Below, piece by piece: positions 30,044 through 39,107 of a DNA stretch of 64,000 nucleotides. The DNA lies in the NCBI GenBank assembly GCA_033764955.1, contig JANRIL010000020.1, positions 64,001 through 128,000 on the forward strand, written 5' to 3'. The stretch's first letter is position 1, and the number at the start of each line of letters is the position of its first letter. The stretch is from Cyanobacteriota bacterium (lineage in GTDB: Bacteria > Cyanobacteriota > Cyanobacteriia > Thermostichales > Thermostichaceae). The translations under genes were made by a program, and so were the position numbers. The notes beneath the pieces are model-generated. The model worked only from the letters and a program-made list of their open reading frames with translations. It did not search any database and was not told where the DNA came from.

Positions 30044-30757
30044 ATGGCGAATGAGATTCTGTTGGTCGAAGATGATGCGGAGATTGCGGAGTTAGTCCGT
30101 CTTTATCTCGCGAAAGATGGGTTTAACTGCCACTGGATTCAGGATGGGGCGATGGCGGTGGCAGCCTTTCAAGACCATCCGGTTCCGTTGATCATTTTGG
30201 ATTTGATGCTGCCCCATCTAGACGGGCTAGAGATCTGCACGCAAATTCGGCAAAGTCCTGGCGGAAAAGCCCCCTACATTTTGATGTTGACGGCGCGGGG
30301 AGAAGAAATGGACCGGATTATCGGACTTTCGACGGGGGCAGATGACTATATTGTCAAACCCTTTAGCCCCCGCGAGTTGGTCGCCAGGGTACGGGCACTG
30401 TTGCGGCGATCCCTGCGGCAAACTGCCCCTGTCAATACCCTCCAAACCTGCCATTTTTGGGTCGATCTCGATCAACGGCTGGCCAAACGGGCGGGGGATC
30501 CCCTGGACTTAACGACGCTGGAGTTTGAACTGTTGGCGGTGTTGATGCGGCATCCCGGACGAGTTTGGACACGCTCCCAACTCATTGATCGGCTGTGGGG
30601 GCATGATTTTTTTGGTGATGAGCGGGTAGTAGATACCCATGTGGCTCGCCTCCGCAAAAAAATTGAATGGGATCCCTCCCAGCCCAGCTTCATCAAGACC
30701 GTGATCGGCGTAGGCTACAAATTTGAAGACGAAGAGGGCGATCGGAGCGGATCCTAG
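30044..30757 (+). CDS. OmpR-family response regulator (no adjacent cognate kinase)
   Basis: ILLVEDD, LDLMLP, GADDYIVKPFSPREL, VDTHVARLRKK, TVIGVGY. Confidence 0.92.
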   Translation: MANEILLVEDDAEIAELVRLYLAKDGFNCHWIQDGAMAVAAFQDHPVPLIILDLMLPHLDGLEICTQIRQSPGGKAPYILMLTARGEEMDRIIGLSTGADDYIVKPFSPRELVARVRALLRRSLRQTAPVNTLQTCHFWVDLDQRLAKRAGDPLDLTTLEFELLAVLMRHPGRVWTRSQLIDRLWGHDFFGDERVVDTHVARLRKKIEWDPSQPSFIKTVIGVGYKFEDEEGDRSGS

Positions 30758-31178
30758 CCATTGTGACCGGCATCAGTCGAAGGACTTCACGGCCAATGGG
30801 GGATCCCTTGCTCTCTCGATCCAAAATTCTCTCCTCCCTGGCAATAAACAAAAACTAATCCAAGTTTAATCAGCGAATAAAGTCCCGGTAATCCACAAAA
30901 AATATTATCTCATCCTCGTTTTTTCTCTTGTCTTTATTGGATTCAGGGTGCAGCGTTATGCTGAGGAGCAGTCAGTTTTGTCTCTCTCCTATGCCGCAAG
31001 ATTTGGATAGGTGAGTTGAGGGATCCCTAACTATTCCTGACGATTTTGGTTGGGATCTGACTCCATTCGATGAGACCCCTTTCGTGACAGCAAAATCAAT
31101 GATCAACCTCTCGGAAGAAGAGTATAGTTTTAGCAAAAGCTGTCGCTTTTCAGGATTGCCCGCTAGTCTCGGAGATAC

Positions 31179-33839
31179 TTGACCATGCTGGATCATCGGA
31201 CTCAGAAGATTACGGCTCCGGCTACTCCGGTCAATGCCACTAGTCCCGAACAATTCATGGAAAAGATCCTGGAGGCAACCCGTCTCGAACAAGCGGGGGA
31301 TTTGGCGGAGGCGCAAACCATCTACGAACAGGTTGTTGCTCAGGATCCCCAAGGCAACTACGGCAAAATGGCTCGCAAAGCCCTGAATGCCCTCACTCCC
31401 AACCTGCCCGCCGCGCTTACCCTGGCAACTCCTACTCAAGCCTCTGCTCCCTCCCCTCCTGTCAAAGTGGGTCGGTTCCAGTGGCAAAATCTCAGCCTGC
31501 GAACCAAACAAACCCTGCTGCTGACGGCGGCGGCGGCGGTGCCGATTGTCAGCCTGACGGCGGTCAACCTGATCATTGCTCAAGAGAGTGCTGGCAGAAG
31601 CTTTGACGGCATTTTGACGCAAGCTGAGGCCGCCCTGCGCGAGGAATATATCGAATGGATCCGCGATGAGAGCTTAACGCAGGCGGATGCCTTAGCCCGC
31701 TTGATCGAAGACTCCGGCATCAACCTGAACAACCCAGAAGTTGTGAACCAAAACCGTGTTCTGCTGCAATCGATCACCTACAACGCATTTGGGGCTTTTG
31801 ACAACGTTAACCCCGAACTCACCAAAAGCTTTCGTCTGATTACCGATGCGAAGGGGACGACGGTTGTTCAATACACCCAGATTTATGATGATGACTATAG
31901 TAACTACCCTCCTCTGCCCACCGAAGAGTTTAATACACGGTTTTCCCTGGCTTCCTCCCGTCCCGGTACCAATATCAGCGATCTGCCCATCTTTCAAGCA
32001 GCTTTAGCCTCAGGAGAGCCGGTGAAAGGGGTTGAGTTGCTCTCCGAGAGCATGTTGCGCCGCCTAGCCCTCAACCGACAGGCAACCATTCCCCTTCGAC
32101 CTGAGGCGGGGGAAGGCAACTATGAAAATGGTCTGGTCAGTATGGCGGTACAGCCCGTCAAGCTCAATGATCAAGAATTAGTCGGATTGGTCGTGGTGGG
32201 CACGCTGTTGAACCGTAACTTAGCGCTCACCGATAACTTCCGCAGCCTTTATGGATCCTCGGTCATCTCAATTTTTAGCGAAGATGTCTTAACCGCCACG
32301 ACCGCCGCCTATAGTGACGGACAAACCCGTGCCATCGGCATCAAAGCCCCCCCTGATGTGGTGGGATCCGTTTTAGAGGGGGGGCAATCCGCTTATTTTG
32401 GCGTGGCCGACTTTGCAGGAGAAAATCATCGCGTTTTGTATGCTCCTCTCTATGACCACACCGCCGATCGGGATCCCACCTCCGCCAAGCCCATTGGCAT
32501 GTTGGCAATTGGCGAACCCCTCTCCCAACTGCGTATCTTGGTGATCAGTCAGGTGGCAATCAGTGGCCTGGTGGGGGCTGGCATCATGGTCTTGGCGGCT
32601 CTCGTAGCCATTGGCGTAGCCGATAGCTTCTCTCGACCCGTGCGAGAATTGGCCGACTTTGCCGCACGGGTGGGATCCGGACAGCGGGGGGTGCGGGTCA
32701 AGGTCAGTCAGCGACAGGATGAAATTGGATCCCTCGCCCGCTCGATGAATGAGATGGCCAGCAGCATTGAAACCAGCATTACTACCGTGGAACAGCAGGA
32801 AGCCCTGCGGCGGCAAGAAGCGGAGCAACAGCGCCGTGAGAAGGAACGCCTTCAGCAGGGGGTGATGAATTTGCTCTTGGAAATTGAAGGGGCGCAAACG
32901 GGCGATCTGACGGTGTATGCCCCCATGACGGAAGGAGCCGTGGGATCCATTGCGGATGCATTTAACGCCACCATTCGCAGTCTGCGCCAGTTGGTCTTGC
33001 AGGTCAAAACCGTGGCCGCCCAGGTGGAGCAACTATCTCGCCAAAGTGAATCCTCCGTTCAGCAGCTTTCCTTGCGCGCCTTGGCTCAGTCAGCCGAGGT
33101 CGCCGAAGCCCTGGCGGCGGTGGACGAGATCACCCGCTCCATCCGACAAGTAGCCCATTTTGCTCAAGAAGCCGCCACCATTGCTCAGCAAGCCGCCGCG
33201 GAAGCCCAAGAGGGAGATAGCCGTATTGAACAAACGGTGACCACGATGGATCTAATCCGCCAGACGGTGGGCAATACCGCCGAAAAAGTCGAGCGCCTCA
33301 CCAAGTCCTCCCAAGAAATTGCCAAAATCATCACCCTCATCTCCAGTATTTCCGAAAAAACCAACCTGCTGGCCTACAATGCCTCGGTGGAAGCGATGCG
33401 GGCGGGGGAACACGGTCAGGGCTTTCGGGTAGTAGCGGATGAAGTGCGGCGACTGGCTCAACAGGTCACCGATGCCACCAAATCCATCGAGCAACTGGTG
33501 GGAACTATCCAAATCGAAACTACAGAAGTGTCTCAGGCGATGGTGGATGGAACCATTGCGGTTACAAACGGGACTGAATTGGTGGGGCAGGTGCAAAAGA
33601 CCTTGCGGGGGCTAGCCACCCTCAACCAGCAAATTGACCATTATCTGCAAACCATCTCCGGCAGCACTACCGCCCAAACCGAAACCTCTCAGCAGGTCAA
33701 CCAGATTATGGATCAGGTGGCAACCACGGCTCAGCAAACCTCCGGTAATGCTCAGGGGGTAGGTGCGACCCTACAATCGTTGGCTGCCGAAGTGAGAGCC
33801 TTACAAGAATCGATGTCGCGCTTCCGGTTAGAATCATGA
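31179..33839 (+). CDS. Methyl-accepting chemotaxis protein (TPR-like N-terminus, 2 TM, Cache-like periplasmic region, HAMP, MA)
   Basis: DEIGSLARSMNEM HAMP; TNLLAYNASVEA..AGEHGQGFRVVADEVR. Confidence 0.93.
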   Translation: MTMLDHRTQKITAPATPVNATSPEQFMEKILEATRLEQAGDLAEAQTIYEQVVAQDPQGNYGKMARKALNALTPNLPAALTLATPTQASAPSPPVKVGRFQWQNLSLRTKQTLLLTAAAAVPIVSLTAVNLIIAQESAGRSFDGILTQAEAALREEYIEWIRDESLTQADALARLIEDSGINLNNPEVVNQNRVLLQSITYNAFGAFDNVNPELTKSFRLITDAKGTTVVQYTQIYDDDYSNYPPLPTEEFNTRFSLASSRPGTNISDLPIFQAALASGEPVKGVELLSESMLRRLALNRQATIPLRPEAGEGNYENGLVSMAVQPVKLNDQELVGLVVVGTLLNRNLALTDNFRSLYGSSVISIFSEDVLTATTAAYSDGQTRAIGIKAPPDVVGSVLEGGQSAYFGVADFAGENHRVLYAPLYDHTADRDPTSAKPIGMLAIGEPLSQLRILVISQVAISGLVGAGIMVLAALVAIGVADSFSRPVRELADFAARVGSGQRGVRVKVSQRQDEIGSLARSMNEMASSIETSITTVEQQEALRRQEAEQQRREKERLQQGVMNLLLEIEGAQTGDLTVYAPMTEGAVGSIADAFNATIRSLRQLVLQVKTVAAQVEQLSRQSESSVQQLSLRALAQSAEVAEALAAVDEITRSIRQVAHFAQEAATIAQQAAAEAQEGDSRIEQTVTTMDLIRQTVGNTAEKVERLTKSSQEIAKIITLISSISEKTNLLAYNASVEAMRAGEHGQGFRVVADEVRRLAQQVTDATKSIEQLVGTIQIETTEVSQAMVDGTIAVTNGTELVGQVQKTLRGLATLNQQIDHYLQTISGSTTAQTETSQQVNQIMDQVATTAQQTSGNAQGVGATLQSLAAEVRALQESMSRFRLES

Positions 33840-36640
33840 GCCTCAATCTGGATCCATTGCTGCTACAAAATATTGCCCAGGAGGCTCGCCAATGCTTCTT
33901 GGAGGAAGATGCCCCCAGCTATTTAGAGGCATTACAAAAGGCGCTGCGAACCCCTCAAAACATTGACTATGCCGCCATCATGCGGGCTGCTCACTCCCTA
34001 AAAGGGGGAGCCGGATTGGCTCAGTTGCCCAGCTTGAGTCATTTGGCTCACCGCCTAGAAGATTTAGTAGAGTTGCTGCAAAAGGGCCAGATTGCCGATC
34101 CAACCACCGCCTGGGAGTTAATCCGCCGTAGTGTGGATGAAACCGCCTATGTCTTGGATCAAGCCCAAACCCAGGTGGAGGTGCAGGTCGATGCCGCTCT
34201 CCTGCAAGCCTTGGCTGAGTTTCATGCCGAGGTAGTTGCCTCCGCCGAGCCAGCCCCACTAGCCGACGAATTGCCCCCCTTGGTAGCCTCTCCCAGCTTG
34301 GTGAAAACGGCGTTGCAAGTAGATTTGGAAGACTGCCTGAAACGAATGGAAGCGGTCATCTCCTCCCAGCCCCCCCCCGACCAACTCTTGCCCCCGCTGG
34401 AGGGGTTTGTTGAAGAATGTACGCTACTGGCGGAAGCCCTCAGCCTGCCCTGGCTGGCGGAATCGGCTCAAGGGATCACGGAGGCACTGGCTCAGCCGGA
34501 GCACGGGATCCCCTTAATGTCGGTGGCTCGCTTGGTCACGGCAGAGGTACGTCGTTTGCGGGATGACTTTTTGCAACAGCTTAAACAGGCAGCGCCGACT
34601 AGCCCGCTTCCACTGGCAAGCGAACCTAGGCTAGCCGAGTCACTACCAGAGGTAACCCCTGCCTCAGCACTTGCCGATGAGGGTATGGCGGCGGTTGCCC
34701 CCAGCCTAATCCGCGAAACCCGACCGTTGAATCCCTCAGTGCGGATCCCCTTAAGTCGGGTGGAACAGATGACCGATCAGGTGGGTGAGTTGATCGTGCG
34801 GTTTGAACGCTTATCCATTCAAGAGCAACAGCTAAAGCAATCTAACCAAGAACTGCAACGCTTGGCGCAGCAATTTCAACCGGTGCGGGATCAGGTTAAG
34901 GCACTCTACGACCAACTCACTACCGTCAACCTGCGCCGCCTCACCACCACCACCACGGGATCCCCTGAGGGGGCAGCAACGGAGGCAAGCGCAGACTTTG
35001 ACCCCCTCGAAATGGATCGCTACACTACCCTGCACACCAGCCTGCAATCCTTTGAAGAGTTGATCGCCCGCATTCAAGAAGCCAGAGCGGATATTGACTT
35101 GGTGTATCGGGAGATCAGCGAAAACCTGGAGCAAGGACGGCAGGATCTCGACCTCCTCTACAACCAGGTGACCCGCTCCCGTCTGGTGCCTTTCCGCACC
35201 TTGGCGGAACGTTTTGTGCCGCAACTGAACCGCTTAGCTCAACGTTTTCAAAAGCAAATGGAACTACGGATAGAGGGGGAAAATGTGCTAGTGGATCAGG
35301 TGATCCTGGAGCAGCTACAAACCCCCCTCACCCACCTCCTAAACAACGCCGTGGATCACGGCATTGAATCCTCCGCGGATCGTTTGGCACTAGAAAAGCC
35401 CGCCGTAGCGCAAATCCTCTTGCAGGCCAAGCTGGAAGGGAACCAGGTGGTGATCACCTTTGGGGATGATGGGCGCGGGATTGATCTGGCTAAGGTGTAT
35501 CAAAAAGCTGTGGAGCGCCATCTTTGTCCCCCCCATGTTTCATTTGGGCAACTGCGCCGCGAACAAGTTTTGGAGTTTATCTTTCAGTCGGGATTTTCAA
35601 CGGCGGCCCAAGTCAGCGAGGTATCGGGGCGGGGCGTGGGGCTAGACGCGGTACGGCGGCAGATCGGGCAACTGCGGGGTACGTTGCAGGTGGAGAGCCG
35701 GATTGGACAAGGCACATCCTTTACGATCCGTCTGCCCCTGGGGCTGAGCCTCTTACCCTTAATGCTTTGCCAAACCTATCGCCGTTTAGTGGCACTGCCC
35801 GCCACCAGTGTTCTAGAGATTTTGCCTTATGCAGAGGCGCAAACCAGCCCGTCAGCGGTGGAAGAAGGTAGGGATCCCTTGCTGCTCTCGGATCCCGCTG
35901 CCTCCGCTCTGCCAACGATGGATTGGCGGGGACAACGTGTGCCCCTCCTGCCCTTGGCGCAGCTCCTCCCCTATGCCAATCCGGTCACCGAAGTCGTGCC
36001 GCCACGGGTGGTCATCTTGGTGCAGGGATCCCTTTCCCCGATTGCGATTGCCATTGATGGCTTGATCGGGGAGCGGCAGTTGATCTTGAAGCCCTTCGAT
36101 GACACGATTCCAGTGCCGCCCTATGTGGCCGGATGCACCATCTTAGGTACGGGGGATGTGGTGCCGGTTGTCTTGCCCTATCACTTCCAGGTGAGCACCC
36201 AGCCGCGGGGGCAGACGGCGGATCCTCAGCCACTGGTCAGCCAACAAAGCCGCACCATTTTGATTGCCGAGGACTCGGTAGCCACACGCCGAGCTGTGGA
36301 AAAGATTCTCAGCCAAGCGGGCTACATCACGATTGCCTGTCGAGACGGACAAGAAGCCCTCGACGAGCTACGACAACGCCAGGGATCCGTGGATATGGTC
36401 TTGACCGACATCGAAATGCCCCGCCTGAGCGGGTTTGATCTGCTCCAGTCGATTCGTGCCCATTCGGAGTGGTATGCCCTACCGGTGGCGCTACTCACCT
36501 CCCGCACAGGAGAACGCTATCAGCAGCGGGCTTTAAGCTTGGGGGCCAATGCCTACCTGAACAAACCCGTGGATGCCAAACTGCTCCTGCAAAAAGTGGA
36601 AACATTGTTCCCTGAGACCGTGGCCGGCTCAAGCCGATAG
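33836..36640 (+). CDS. cheA: CheA-type hybrid histidine kinase (Hpt-dimer-HATPase-CheW-REC)
   Basis: RAAHSLKG, HLLNNAVDHGIE, DDGRGID, SGRGVGLD, C-terminal DIEMP receiver. Confidence 0.93.
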   Translation: MSLNLDPLLLQNIAQEARQCFLEEDAPSYLEALQKALRTPQNIDYAAIMRAAHSLKGGAGLAQLPSLSHLAHRLEDLVELLQKGQIADPTTAWELIRRSVDETAYVLDQAQTQVEVQVDAALLQALAEFHAEVVASAEPAPLADELPPLVASPSLVKTALQVDLEDCLKRMEAVISSQPPPDQLLPPLEGFVEECTLLAEALSLPWLAESAQGITEALAQPEHGIPLMSVARLVTAEVRRLRDDFLQQLKQAAPTSPLPLASEPRLAESLPEVTPASALADEGMAAVAPSLIRETRPLNPSVRIPLSRVEQMTDQVGELIVRFERLSIQEQQLKQSNQELQRLAQQFQPVRDQVKALYDQLTTVNLRRLTTTTTGSPEGAATEASADFDPLEMDRYTTLHTSLQSFEELIARIQEARADIDLVYREISENLEQGRQDLDLLYNQVTRSRLVPFRTLAERFVPQLNRLAQRFQKQMELRIEGENVLVDQVILEQLQTPLTHLLNNAVDHGIESSADRLALEKPAVAQILLQAKLEGNQVVITFGDDGRGIDLAKVYQKAVERHLCPPHVSFGQLRREQVLEFIFQSGFSTAAQVSEVSGRGVGLDAVRRQIGQLRGTLQVESRIGQGTSFTIRLPLGLSLLPLMLCQTYRRLVALPATSVLEILPYAEAQTSPSAVEEGRDPLLLSDPAASALPTMDWRGQRVPLLPLAQLLPYANPVTEVVPPRVVILVQGSLSPIAIAIDGLIGERQLILKPFDDTIPVPPYVAGCTILGTGDVVPVVLPYHFQVSTQPRGQTADPQPLVSQQSRTILIAEDSVATRRAVEKILSQAGYITIACRDGQEALDELRQRQGSVDMVLTDIEMPRLSGFDLLQSIRAHSEWYALPVALLTSRTGERYQQRALSLGANAYLNKPVDAKLLLQKVETLFPETVAGSSR

Positions 36641-36752
36641 TTCCCTGCTGGTGGTTGACTATAATCAAGGCACAGAATTAGGCGTTTGCGCTAATTCTAG
36701 CCTCCATCAGAATGGATCCCACCCACCCACCCCCGAAGGCCAGGAGCATGGC

Positions 36753-37670
36753 ATGAGCGAAGAAAGGGATACCAAGTTTGTCTTCAAAGAGGACTTTCCT
36801 TCGGTTGCCAAACTCGCCAGCGAAATCGTGAGCGCTCCTATTTTGTTGCAATACAGTAGCGGAGTTCCCTGCAAACGGTTTGAAATTACCCGTCCGGTTA
36901 CAACAATTGGTCGCCGACCTGAAAGTGTCGATATCTGGATTGATGACATCAGTATTTCCCGTGAGCATTGTCGCCTAGAGCGAATTGGAGAAGAAATTTT
37001 TGTCACCGATTTGGGCAGCCGTAATTTCACCCTAATTAATGGTCACAAGGTAGATGGACGCCAACGACTCTTTCATGGAGATACCCTACAACTCGGCAAT
37101 GTTCGGTTACGCTACTATGCCCACGGCACCTCTGATCAACTGTTGTTTGACAGTGTTTATTTAATGGCGGTGCAGGATCAAATGTTGGGTATTTTTCGCA
37201 AAGAATATCTCATGCAAAAACTGGAGGAAGAGTTTCTTTTGGCTCGCTATCGCGGACATGATCTATCTCTGATTTTTGTGGATTTGGATCGCTTCAAAAA
37301 CATCAATGATATCTATGGGCATCCAGCCGGAGACCATGTTTTGCGGGAAGTGTGTCAAGTGGTCAAATCGGTCTTACGGCAGGGGGATACCTTTGGTCGA
37401 TATGGAGGGGAAGAATTTTGTCTGATTTTACCGGGCATGGGATCCCAGGAGGCTTGTGAGTTTGCCGAGCGGATCCGCCGCACCCTTGAGGAAACCGTGG
37501 TGATGTGGAGCCAACAACGGATCCCGGTGACAGCCAGTTTAGGGGTGGCTTGGATGATTGAAGAAACCCAGGGTTGGGATAGTCTGTTGCAATTGGCGGA
37601 CATGATGGTCTATCAGTCTAAACAATTGGGGCGCAACCGCGTCAGTGCCCCGGTTTTGCTTTCTCCCTAG
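36753..37670 (+). CDS. FHA-GGDEF diguanylate cyclase
   Basis: AGGAG RBS; FHA IGR...SISREH...SRN; DLDRFKNIND.YGH.AGD; RQGD I-site; GGEEF. Confidence 0.9.
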   Translation: MSEERDTKFVFKEDFPSVAKLASEIVSAPILLQYSSGVPCKRFEITRPVTTIGRRPESVDIWIDDISISREHCRLERIGEEIFVTDLGSRNFTLINGHKVDGRQRLFHGDTLQLGNVRLRYYAHGTSDQLLFDSVYLMAVQDQMLGIFRKEYLMQKLEEEFLLARYRGHDLSLIFVDLDRFKNINDIYGHPAGDHVLREVCQVVKSVLRQGDTFGRYGGEEFCLILPGMGSQEACEFAERIRRTLEETVVMWSQQRIPVTASLGVAWMIEETQGWDSLLQLADMMVYQSKQLGRNRVSAPVLLSP

Positions 37671-37798
37671 TTCAGCCAGAATCGCTCAAATCATGGCCGA
37701 GGGATGGGGATAGCCAAGCAGGGATCCCTAGCCTTTGCTCACTAGGCACTTGAACTAAAATACAGGCAGGATGCTGCTTCCCCTCTCGACGGTTTGCT

Positions 37799-38701
37799 AT
37801 GCCTACCCCCTCTGATTTGTTTGTCTCTGAAATGTGGTCGTGGCGAGGACAGCCGATTCACTATCTGAGCCAGGGAATTAACCAGGGATCCGGCAAGCAA
37901 GCCGTGCTGTTGGTGCATGGGTTTGGCGCTTCTAGCCTACATTGGCGCAAGAATATCTCTGTGGTGGCTCAGCATTATCCCGTTTATGCTATCGACCTGC
38001 TGGGGTTTGGCCGCTCCGCAAAACCCAATTTGCCCTATCGAACCGAAATGTGGCGCGATCAACTGCGGGATTTTTGTCAGCAGGTGATCCGCCGACCCGT
38101 GGTGGTAGTGGGCAACTCACTGGGGGGCTATGTGGGGCTAAGTTTGGCCTCCGATTGGCCGGAATGGGTGAGGGGGGTGGTTTTGCTCAATAGTGCCGGA
38201 TCATTTGGCTCACAACCCCAGGCCAATTTATGGAAACAGATGACAGGCGGGATCCTGCGTTGGGGCTTGCAGCAAAAAGTGGTTTCCCATCTGCTTTTTT
38301 ACTCGATTCGCAAGCCTGAGGCGATTCGCAAAACCCTCCTCAAGGTCTATCGGGATCCCGCCGCCGTCACCGATCAACTGGTGGAGGATATTTATCGGCC
38401 TAGCTGTGAAGCCGGGGCTGCTGATGTGTTTGCAGCGCTCATGCAAGCCAATCAAAAGGGGCGCTCGGTGGATGAGTTGTTACGCAGTTTGGTGCGTCCC
38501 TTGCTGCTGATCTGGGGAGAAGCGGATCCCTGGATGGATTGCCGCCAGCGTTCTCAGCTCTATCATCAGCACTACCAGATGATCGAGGAACACTTTCTCT
38601 CAGCGGGTCACTGCCCCCATGACGAAGTGCCTGAGCTGGTCAATCCTCTCCTCTGCGACTGGATCGAGAAAAAAGTTCTGCATACAGCCCTCCTCTCCTG
38701 A
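37799..38701 (+). CDS. Alpha/beta fold hydrolase
   Basis: VHGFG, DLLGFG, GNSLGG, GHCPHDE. Confidence 0.9.
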   Translation: MPTPSDLFVSEMWSWRGQPIHYLSQGINQGSGKQAVLLVHGFGASSLHWRKNISVVAQHYPVYAIDLLGFGRSAKPNLPYRTEMWRDQLRDFCQQVIRRPVVVVGNSLGGYVGLSLASDWPEWVRGVVLLNSAGSFGSQPQANLWKQMTGGILRWGLQQKVVSHLLFYSIRKPEAIRKTLLKVYRDPAAVTDQLVEDIYRPSCEAGAADVFAALMQANQKGRSVDELLRSLVRPLLLIWGEADPWMDCRQRSQLYHQHYQMIEEHFLSAGHCPHDEVPELVNPLLCDWIEKKVLHTALLS

Positions 38702-38745
38702 CCTTAGATCTTGCAAAAAACCAGAGAGAAACAACCCACTGGCTT

Positions 38746-38910
38746 TCAAGCCTGGATCGGATCCTCTGCACTTTCAGGTGGGGGGGTAGCCTGGGGGGAG
38801 CATGACTGTTGCTTACATTGCCAGAGGGATCCCAGCAGAATGCCGAGGGTCAAGCCAAAGCCAAAAATAGCCGAGAGAAAAATGAACAAGACTATGGGTA
38901 GGCGGCGCAT
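38746..38910 (-). CDS. Small single-TM protein (54 aa), absent from the ORF track
   Basis: MRRLPIVLFIFLSAIFGFGLTLGILLGSLWQCKQQSCSPQATPPPESAEDPIQA*; AGGAG upstream. Confidence 0.55.
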   Translation of the reverse strand: MRRLPIVLFIFLSAIFGFGLTLGILLGSLWQCKQQSCSPQATPPPESAEDPIQA

Positions 38911-39107
38911 CGCTCAATCTCCTAGTGGGACGACGGGTTAGACTCTGGCCTCAGTGGATGGGTTCACTGGGTTAACGACCCTTACATAATGCTCTCAAGG
39001 AAGCAGGCAGGCCGCAGCAAAGAACCACGGCCAGATCTTTAAGGGGCGACTTTGATGGAATGGCACCCGATCAACCCCGTTTTCCCAATCCCCCAAGTCA
39101 AGAGGGA

